Assembly: GCA_030651375.1 (NCBI GenBank)
Contig: JAUSFM010000009.1
Coordinates: 65,345-129,344 of the forward strand
DNA from: Candidatus Woesearchaeota archaeon
GTDB taxonomy: Archaea > Nanobdellota > Nanobdellia > Woesearchaeales > UBA12501
Direction of reading: 5' to 3'
DNA: 64,000 bases
Position 1 is the stretch's first letter. Each line of letters starts with the position of its first letter. The translations under genes were made by a program, and so were the position numbers. The notes under the pieces were generated by a model. That model had not been told where the DNA came from, ran no database searches, and saw only the letters and a program-made list of their open reading frames with translations. Shown here in pieces: positions 55,030 to 62,477 of the stretch.

Positions 55030-55875
55030 TCACTTTTTACACAAACGTCCATACGTTTCCGGCCGGCGGTTGCGCATGAATCCCCATGCGTCGCGGATGT
55101 CCTTGTTTTTGCTGGTATCAACATCAACAATCAGAATTTCTTCCTTGTCGCCGGCGCGCTGAATCACATTGCCAAATGCGTCGCATACAAATGAGCCGCC
55201 CCAGAAATGCAGTTCATTTTCTTCGCCAACACGGTTGACCGCAGCGACAATGACACTGTTTGCAATGGCGTGGCTGCGCTGGATGGTTTCCCACGCATCG
55301 TGCCACTCACCCTCATGTGCTTCATGGTTTTTGATAGTGCCGATTGCCGTGGGGTAGAAAATAATTTCAGCGCCGTTGAGCGCGCATACCCGTGCCGCTT
55401 CAGGAAACCACTGGTCGTAACATATCAGGACAGAAAAGGTGGCATACTTTGTTTTGTAAACAATATACTCGTCGCTACTTTCCTTGAAATAGTCCTTTTC
55501 ATAAAACAGCGGGTCGTGGGGGATGTGGTGCTTGCGGTAGGTGTCGAGCTGTTTTCCGTCGGCGTCAAACACCAGCGCAGAATTGTACTCTGTTTTTCCT
55601 TTTTTTTCATAGAATGGCACAACAAGCACCACTTTTAATTCATCTGCAAGCGCAGAAAACCGTTCACTGAACTGGTTTGGAATGGATTCAGCCAGCGCCG
55701 AAAAATCTTTTTTTTGTTCGCGCGGAAAATAGCGCGTCGCGAACAGTTCCTGCAGGCAGATGATTTTGGCACCTTTCTTCGCTGCAGCCCTAATTTTTTC
55801 AATAGTTTTCTGTATGTTTTCGGGCTTGCTTTCACCGGCAGCACTTTGAATGAGGCCAATGGTTACGTTGGTCAT
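55030..55875 (-). CDS. aguB: N-carbamoylputrescine amidase (CN hydrolase family)
   Basis: LQELF, YRKHHIP, FYEKDYF and ICYDQWFPE motifs; directly upstream of aguA. Confidence 0.88.
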   Translation of the reverse strand: MTNVTIGLIQSAAGESKPENIQKTIEKIRAAAKKGAKIICLQELFATRYFPREQKKDFSALAESIPNQFSERFSALADELKVVLVVPFYEKKGKTEYNSALVFDADGKQLDTYRKHHIPHDPLFYEKDYFKESSDEYIVYKTKYATFSVLICYDQWFPEAARVCALNGAEIIFYPTAIGTIKNHEAHEGEWHDAWETIQRSHAIANSVIVAAVNRVGEENELHFWGGSFVCDAFGNVIQRAGDKEEILIVDVDTSKNKDIRDAWGFMRNRRPETYGRLCKK

Positions 55876-55927
55876 GGTTCATCTAATAAAAAAAGAAGAA
55901 GTATTTAAAGGTAGCTGCTCGTCACTG

Positions 55928-56599
55928 CTACTCAACCATCCCTTCACAGGTAAATTTGAGTTCAGTGTACAAACCAACCGTGTTTCCAGCGAGCTTGTTG
56001 ACCAGTTCTTTTTGCCAGTACGTCTTTCCCTTAAGGAGTTTTTCCTTGACCGTGCATGTTGCCTTCTGGCCAGGCTTGAGCACTTCAGTGCCACATTCTT
56101 TTTGTGGTTCAGTTACCCGGTTGCTGTTCAGTTGGATTCTCATAGCATCTTTTTCAGTGACCTCTTCAACGCCGATGCGGGTGAGCTGATATTCTTTTTT
56201 GCCCTTGTTTTCAATCGTAAACGTTACCATTGACTCTCCGTCGGGGAATAGTTTTCCGCAGACCACATTTGAGAACCATGATGTTTTCTCCTCTTTCTTT
56301 TGAACGTCAGCAGCGCTGCCGATAACTGTTTTTTCAGAAACAGTTACGCTGTTTGGTTGGGAGTATTCAGGAGCGAGTTGTGGTTTTTCTTGCTGTTCTT
56401 GTTTGTTTTCACCTGCTATTACTTCTGGCTGTTCAGCTGCTTGCGCTGCCGGTTCTTGAGCATCTGCCATTGCAGGCTCTTGATCTTCTGGGCTTTCCAG
56501 TTGTGCAGTCACTTCAGGAGCGGTTTGTTGTTGGGTGCGGGCGCAGCCGCTCAAGGCAATAACTCCAACAAGAATCAGGACAAAGAGCATTTGTTTCAT
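55928..56599 (-). CDS. Lipoprotein-like secreted protein (paralog 1)
   Basis: AAGGTG RBS; signal peptide ending ALSGC; Q/E/A/P linker; Cys-containing C-terminal domain. Confidence 0.75.
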   Translation of the reverse strand: MKQMLFVLILVGVIALSGCARTQQQTAPEVTAQLESPEDQEPAMADAQEPAAQAAEQPEVIAGENKQEQQEKPQLAPEYSQPNSVTVSEKTVIGSAADVQKKEEKTSWFSNVVCGKLFPDGESMVTFTIENKGKKEYQLTRIGVEEVTEKDAMRIQLNSNRVTEPQKECGTEVLKPGQKATCTVKEKLLKGKTYWQKELVNKLAGNTVGLYTELKFTCEGMVE

Positions 56600-56612
56600 A
56601 GGTACACCTTTT

Positions 56613-57365
56613 TTATGTTCGGCATTTAAAATCAGTTTGCGTTGAGACAAATCTCGAACGTGCTTCAACGCTGTTAATCATTTCTTGCTTTTCCTTGATA
56701 AATTTGTGTGTTTCAGGATAGCGTAGGCTTGCTGGGCAGCGGTTACATTCAAGCGTTTGGCCAGCCTTGACAATCATCGTGCCACAGCAGGCGTTAATCT
56801 GCTCATTCGTGAGCCGGTTGCCATTTATTGCTAATTTTATGGGCACATTGGTTGCTTCGTCGGCTCCAATTCGGGAGTATGCATTGGCCCACGTGAGATT
56901 GTATTCACGATTGTCATTATTGGTGAAACGGAAGGAAAGCGCATCTTCATGTTTCGTGCCGGTGCCAAACGTTCCCTGTTTTTCACCAGTGTACCGTTCA
57001 CATTGCAAGCCGGCAAACCAGCTTTTTTCCTCGGTTTTTCGGGTGTCGCGCGTTTCGCCGAGTACTGTTTCCTGTTTTGTTACTTCAACATTTGTTTCAA
57101 GCTGGGCAAGTGCAGATGCTGGTTTTGGGTCAAGCACAGAATTGCCCGTGAGGCCGGTGCCTGCTGCAGAATCAGCATTTTCTGGTGCAGTTTCAGATTC
57201 TGGCACTGCGGCTGGTGCTGCTTCTGCAGTTTCTTCAGGTGCAGTTGCATCTGGTTGTGATGGCTCTTGCTGTTCTGGCTTTATTTCCTGTTTTGAACAT
57301 CCTGCAAGACTCAACATCAATATACTTATAGCAAAAAGGACAGAGAATATGTGCATTGTTCTCAT
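56613..57365 (-). CDS. Lipoprotein-like secreted protein (paralog 2)
   Basis: GAGGTG RBS; signal peptide ending LAGC; C-terminal domain aligns with that of 55928-56599. Confidence 0.75.
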   Translation of the reverse strand: MRTMHIFSVLFAISILMLSLAGCSKQEIKPEQQEPSQPDATAPEETAEAAPAAVPESETAPENADSAAGTGLTGNSVLDPKPASALAQLETNVEVTKQETVLGETRDTRKTEEKSWFAGLQCERYTGEKQGTFGTGTKHEDALSFRFTNNDNREYNLTWANAYSRIGADEATNVPIKLAINGNRLTNEQINACCGTMIVKAGQTLECNRCPASLRYPETHKFIKEKQEMINSVEARSRFVSTQTDFKCRT

Positions 57366-57486
57366 AGCGATTGCCACCTCACATGGGTATACATCAATTG
57401 ATGCGAAATAGTATATAAATATTGTGCATTTTGAAACAGCTTATTTGAGGGGAATACTCTCTGATTTTATCTGATTTCTCTCGCTC

Positions 57487-57990
57487 TCATCTGAAGAAAT
57501 ACGACCAAATAACGAGAATAGCCAGTGCAATCGTGCTAATCTTCCAGAGAATGTCACTCTTTATCTCGACAAACTCATCTTCTGCCGGTACTGTTGCCGT
57601 CGATGTGCTGTTTTTTGCTTCTTTTTGTTTCTTTTCTTCCGGTTCGTTGCGTTCTTGTATCTCTACTATTTTTGAAATCCGCGCTGGCTTTGGTGCAGGC
57701 TTTACTGCCGCTGCTTTTATTGTTTTTTTTGCCGGCGCTGCGCGCGTTTTTGCTTTTTGCTCTTTTTCTTTTTTCTGGCTTTGCTGCTTTTGTTCAGTTT
57801 TTTGCTTTTGTTTTTTGGGCGCCGGCGCAGGTTCGTGTACTGATGCTCTTGATTCGCCTGATTCTGATTCTCCCGCTACCTTTCTGACGCTTTCTGCAAT
57901 AGAATACATTGGGTCACTGGTGCCGGTGCCAGCGCTGGATGCGTATTCGCTTTGGTAGATACCCGTCTTATCAGCCATATTCATAAGCAT
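57487..57990 (-). CDS. Hypothetical protein with low-complexity body and C-terminal TM helix
   Basis: K/Q/A/P-rich middle; C-terminal ILWKISTIALAILVIWSYFFR. Confidence 0.65.
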   Translation of the reverse strand: MLMNMADKTGIYQSEYASSAGTGTSDPMYSIAESVRKVAGESESGESRASVHEPAPAPKKQKQKTEQKQQSQKKEKEQKAKTRAAPAKKTIKAAAVKPAPKPARISKIVEIQERNEPEEKKQKEAKNSTSTATVPAEDEFVEIKSDILWKISTIALAILVIWSYFFR

Positions 57991-58112
57991 TGGCCTGTTT
58001 TTTTATAAAGTTTGTTGTCCTCGAATATCCGTATCTATCTCCCCCTCTATTATTCCAAACAGAATAAACTGGGCAATAACCTTTTTAAAAACCTGCTTCA
58101 GTGAATCGAATC

Positions 58113-59327
58113 ATGGCACGAAAATACCTTTTCACCAGCGAAAGTGTCAGCGAAGGACACCCGGACAAACTCTGCGACCAGATTTCAGACGCGATTCTCG
58201 ACGCCATCCTCGCCAAGGATCCCAACGGCCGCGTCGCGGTTGAGTGCCTCGTCAAGACCGGCTTTGTCGTTGTCGCCGGCGAAGTGACCACGACCGCGTA
58301 TGTTGATATTCAAAGCATTGTGCGCAGCGTCATCTGCGAAGCAGGCTACGACCGCCATGATTTGGGATTTGAAGGCCAGACGTGCGGTGTTCTTGTCGCG
58401 CTTTCAGAACAATCACCTGACATCGCGCAGGGCGTTGATGAGCGTTCTGCAACGGGAAAAGAAACTGCCGAACAAGGCGCCGGCGACCAAGGATTAATGT
58501 TTGGCTATGCCACTAATGAAACCCCTGAATTCATGCCGCTGCCCATTAGCACCGCGCACAAGCTTCTCTTAAAACTGCGCGACCTTCGCAAAACACATGT
58601 GCTTCCGTACCTTCGGCCTGACGCAAAAAGCCAAGTCACGGTTGAGTATGACGGTGGAAAACCCGTGCGTATTCACACCGTTGTTTTGTCCGCTCACCAT
58701 TCGCCTGATGTTACGCACGCGCAGATAAAAAAAGACCTCATCGAACACGTCATCAAGCCGGTGTGCGGAAACTACCTCGACGATTCAACCATCTATCACG
58801 TTAATCCAACCGGAAAATTTGTGGTCGGCGGGCCGGTTGCCGACGCAGGCCTTACCGGCAGAAAAATAATTGTTGACACCTATGGCGGCCACGGTAGCCA
58901 CGGCGGCGGCGCATTTTCCGGAAAGGACCCCAGTAAAGTTGACCGGTCCGGGGCATACGCCGCGCGCTACATTGCAAAAAACATTGTCGCCGCGGGACTC
59001 GCCGACAAATGCGAAGTCCAGCTTGCGTACGCCATCGGCGTTGCCGCTCCTGTTTCCATTTTGGTCAACTGCTTTGGCACCAACAGGGTTTCGGAAGAGA
59101 AACTTTCTGAACTGGTGAGAACCCACTTTCCCATCAAGCCCGCTGACATTATTTCTCATTTGAAACTCCGCAGGCCCATTTTCAGAAAAACAGCAAGCTA
59201 CGGCCACTTTGGCAGGGACGACCCTGATTTCACGTGGGAAAAACTGGACAAGGTTGACGCGCTGAAACAGGACGCGGGGCCGCTGCATGCTCCTGAACAT
59301 ACAGGGAAAGATGTGGCGCTGGATTGA
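58113..59327 (+). CDS. metK: S-adenosylmethionine synthetase (bacterial/eukaryotic type)
   Basis: [35 protein letters not shown] and GGGAFSGKD motifs. Confidence 0.96.
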   Translation: MARKYLFTSESVSEGHPDKLCDQISDAILDAILAKDPNGRVAVECLVKTGFVVVAGEVTTTAYVDIQSIVRSVICEAGYDRHDLGFEGQTCGVLVALSEQSPDIAQGVDERSATGKETAEQGAGDQGLMFGYATNETPEFMPLPISTAHKLLLKLRDLRKTHVLPYLRPDAKSQVTVEYDGGKPVRIHTVVLSAHHSPDVTHAQIKKDLIEHVIKPVCGNYLDDSTIYHVNPTGKFVVGGPVADAGLTGRKIIVDTYGGHGSHGGGAFSGKDPSKVDRSGAYAARYIAKNIVAAGLADKCEVQLAYAIGVAAPVSILVNCFGTNRVSEEKLSELVRTHFPIKPADIISHLKLRRPIFRKTASYGHFGRDDPDFTWEKLDKVDALKQDAGPLHAPEHTGKDVALD

Positions 59328-59337
59328 ATTGGTTGAT

Positions 59338-60345
59338 ATGGCTGCTCTTCGTAATTCTAACAAGAATCTTAACTCAAACAAAGCTACGGGAAGGAAAATA
59401 GTCTGGTTCTTGGGGGCAGGAGCTTCTCGAGGTGCTGGTGCCGCACTGCGGGTCGGCGGGTCGGGAGGTACAATTAAAATTCCAATTCAAGCCGACTTTT
59501 GGGACGTTGTTCTAAGGTATGGATCTAAAAAGGATGCTGACAAAATACAATCTTTTTTATTTAGATATTTTGCAGGTTATGATAGGACACCTGCGCGTAG
59601 TAATCGAAAAGAACGAAGAGAAGTATTGAAAAATATTGATGTCGAAGAAGTTTTTACTTTTTTGAGTGAGAGAATCAAAACCAAGCAAATTCCTGACTCT
59701 TTAAAAACTTATTTTACGGAAATTCAGTCAAAACTAATACGCACGGTGACAAAAACCCTTCGTAAATTCGAACCAAATGCCCAAACTAAGAAAACCTATG
59801 CCACCTTCTCTAAAAATCTTCTGCGAACAAGAGACGCTGTTGTATCTTTTAATTACGATACTATCTTCGAATATTCTTTGCCAAAAAACAAACCCTTCTT
59901 TTATCAGGATGTTTCGAAAAAAACTAAATTTTATGCTGTTTTCAAGCCGCATGGTTCTATAAACTGGAAGATGGGGGAAAACAAAAAACTTGAAGTTGAC
60001 GATTATGTTGACGAACCCGAACTAATCCCTCCAACACATCTAAAATTTATCGGAGAACAAATTGACCCAATAAAACTGCTTTGGAAAAAAATGGAAATTC
60101 AAATGCAAGCAGCCAAAACTTTTGTTTTTATAGGTTATTCATTTCCTGATGCTGATTTCTACTTTTCTTCTGTTATGCGATCTGTTTTAACAAAAACTAA
60201 AAGAAATGTTAAAATAATCCTTGTTGACCCCGATGCTCAGCGATTGTCAGAAAAGTTTGGTAAACGTTTCTCAATAACTCAAAACAGGATTCTAAAATAT
60301 TTTGATTTATCACAACTTCTTCAAATTAAGCGTAAGACATTATAG
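59338..60345 (+). CDS. SIR2-like (SIR2_2) domain protein
   Basis: FLGAGAS, SFNYD, KPHGSINW and FIGYSFPDAD motifs; AT-rich DNA. Confidence 0.85.
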   Translation: MAALRNSNKNLNSNKATGRKIVWFLGAGASRGAGAALRVGGSGGTIKIPIQADFWDVVLRYGSKKDADKIQSFLFRYFAGYDRTPARSNRKERREVLKNIDVEEVFTFLSERIKTKQIPDSLKTYFTEIQSKLIRTVTKTLRKFEPNAQTKKTYATFSKNLLRTRDAVVSFNYDTIFEYSLPKNKPFFYQDVSKKTKFYAVFKPHGSINWKMGENKKLEVDDYVDEPELIPPTHLKFIGEQIDPIKLLWKKMEIQMQAAKTFVFIGYSFPDADFYFSSVMRSVLTKTKRNVKIILVDPDAQRLSEKFGKRFSITQNRILKYFDLSQLLQIKRKTL

Positions 60346-60510
60346 TTCGGTCATTTCAGATAAGTCCGCTTTTGAATTTATTTTTCTGCCTTTTAATCCC
60401 GCCAAAACTATCTTTACCAATACGTTCCCTTCCTCTAACTGTATTCGTTTAGGTCTCATTTGATCTATCTCACCGAAAGCTTTATATATACATATACATT
60501 AATACTCTCT

Positions 60511-60723
60511 ATGTCGAAACTTATCAGCGTCTCGGATGATGTGTACACAACCCTTAAAGAGATGAAGGGTGAGGAAAGCTATTCTGTTGCCATAAGAAAA
60601 CTCTTTACCCCTAAGTCGAATAAAGAGAAGATACTCAGTTTTTACGGGAAAGGTGGGATTGACAAAGAAATGATAAAAGAGGTTCAAAAATCATGGAAAC
60701 AGTGGTCAGAAAAATATGTTTAG
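60511..60723 (+). CDS. vapB: VapB-family antitoxin (RHH-like)
   Basis: KLISVSDDVYTTLKEMKGEESYSVAIRKL; overlaps the downstream PIN gene; TTTATATA 30 nt upstream. Confidence 0.85.
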   Translation: MSKLISVSDDVYTTLKEMKGEESYSVAIRKLFTPKSNKEKILSFYGKGGIDKEMIKEVQKSWKQWSEKYV

Positions 60724-61076
60724 ATTCTGATGTTGTTATCTCTTTATTGAACAAAGATGAACCTACCTATGTTTCTCTTCAAAAACTTAATGCAACCTTT
60801 TGCATCACCGCAATAACCTCATTTGAAATATGGTGTGGAAAGAACAAACCAGAGACCGTCTTTGAAATCCTCGAGTCCTTTCACACGCTCGACTTTGATA
60901 CTCATGCAGGCCGCCTTGCGGGCGACATTTTTCGAAAACTCAAAGAACAAGGACGGCTTATCGAAATGCGGGATATTTTCATTGGCGCAATATGCATCAA
61001 AAATAATATGGAACTGTTCACCCTCAACAAAAAACATTTTGAGCGGCTAAAAGAATTTGGCTTAATTCTAGTATAA
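60693..61076 (+). CDS. vapC: PIN-domain toxin (VapC family)
   Basis: ICLDSDV, FEI, DIFIGAIC and TLNKKHF motifs. Confidence 0.9.
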   Translation: METVVRKICLDSDVVISLLNKDEPTYVSLQKLNATFCITAITSFEIWCGKNKPETVFEILESFHTLDFDTHAGRLAGDIFRKLKEQGRLIEMRDIFIGAICIKNNMELFTLNKKHFERLKEFGLILV

Positions 61077-61081
61077 GGCTA

Positions 61082-62359
61082 TTATCTCATTCCCATCACT
61101 CGCTCTGCTTGAGCAATCGCATAGTTTCTAAGATACCGTTCTGCTTGTTTCGATGCATTCGCAGGCAAGTTTCTTCCCCGCATGATATGCTCGTCAAGAG
61201 CTGCATAATCATGGCTGCGTACATAGAATTCAACTGCTTTTCTCACGGCACGGAGCCGGAGATTGTCAGGCAATACGTCTGCGCGCGCTATCCATAAAAA
61301 ATCAGATGCGTGGGGCTTCTGCGGCCACGTTTGTGAAAGCAGGTAGCTGATGCCGTATGCTTTCATTTCTGGGGAGAGATCATCGTGGTCCAAAATAGTA
61401 AGCCGTATATTGCTATATGAATCCCGATCTTTTTGAAACCGAATAAAATCACTCAATGCTTTTTTTCGCAGCGTTTCTGGAAGCGCAGTGTCTGCAATAA
61501 ACGCTACGACCTGATCTCTATACCTCAAATGTTCATTCTGTCTAATCCATGTTGATGCAACACTGGTGGCTTTTTCACGCGCTTTTTTTCGTACTTCTTT
61601 TGGAAGGAATCTTTCATTTGCCATACATTTGAGTGCAAGATACTCATTCTCTCGGGTATGTTCTTCTATTGCTTTTTCTGCAGCGGGGCCAAGAGCGGCT
61701 CGTATCTGTATGCGATGGGGAGCAGGGATTCTTTTGTTTGTTCTACTCTCTTCATACAAATGTTCATACGAGCCCTGTTCAACACAGTTGGTTATATACG
61801 CTGATAGCGCAGCATCCATCCCTGCTTCTGCTGCATGCCGTACTTCATCAGGAACTTTACGGTTGTGGGAAAGTGCCAGGACTTCAATATAATTTCCTTT
61901 TTCCACATCGAACTCAACAAGATTTTTTCCTGCAGCAACACGAGTTTCATCAGGAGCATATTTGTTTTGGACGAGATTGAGAAGACGATACTGTCCTCCG
62001 TCTCCTCCGCGCGCCACATACAATTCGATCAGCTTTTCCCCGGCGGCACGGCGAATGTCATCGGGAAGTGTTGTATCTAGTGCCAGAACTTCTAATTCAC
62101 CGGTATCTTTTTTTTGCAGTACTTTTCGCGCCGCAGCGGGAAGGTGTTTTTCTGCATCTTCTGGTATTCCTGCTGGAAGAGAATCTCTATTCTCCTCCAC
62201 AGTAAGAATGGAAAGAGCAGTGTACATTCCGCGTTGGACATAGGTTGATACTGCCAGTTTTCCTGCGGCAAGACGCTTTGCTTCATCCGGATGCCAGCGC
62301 ATGACGGCCAGCAGCGATTCCAGCGTATCGCGCGGTTCAAGATCAGGAGTTGGTCCCAT
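61082..62359 (-). CDS. Hypothetical alpha-solenoid repeat protein
   Basis: Recurring LPDDIRRAAG / APDETRVAAG / VPDEVRHAA / LPKEVRKKA / LPETLRKKA / LPDNLRLRA helical units. Confidence 0.75.
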   Translation of the reverse strand: MGPTPDLEPRDTLESLLAVMRWHPDEAKRLAAGKLAVSTYVQRGMYTALSILTVEENRDSLPAGIPEDAEKHLPAAARKVLQKKDTGELEVLALDTTLPDDIRRAAGEKLIELYVARGGDGGQYRLLNLVQNKYAPDETRVAAGKNLVEFDVEKGNYIEVLALSHNRKVPDEVRHAAEAGMDAALSAYITNCVEQGSYEHLYEESRTNKRIPAPHRIQIRAALGPAAEKAIEEHTRENEYLALKCMANERFLPKEVRKKAREKATSVASTWIRQNEHLRYRDQVVAFIADTALPETLRKKALSDFIRFQKDRDSYSNIRLTILDHDDLSPEMKAYGISYLLSQTWPQKPHASDFLWIARADVLPDNLRLRAVRKAVEFYVRSHDYAALDEHIMRGRNLPANASKQAERYLRNYAIAQAERVMGMR

Positions 62360-62477
62360 ACAAAAGAACTAAGTATAGATGTTTATATAGTTTGTTGGGG
62401 TGGAGAATAAAACCCCCTGAACGTTTAAAAATCAACCACAACAATATTTATAAATATGCTCCCGTGCCACCGACGAT

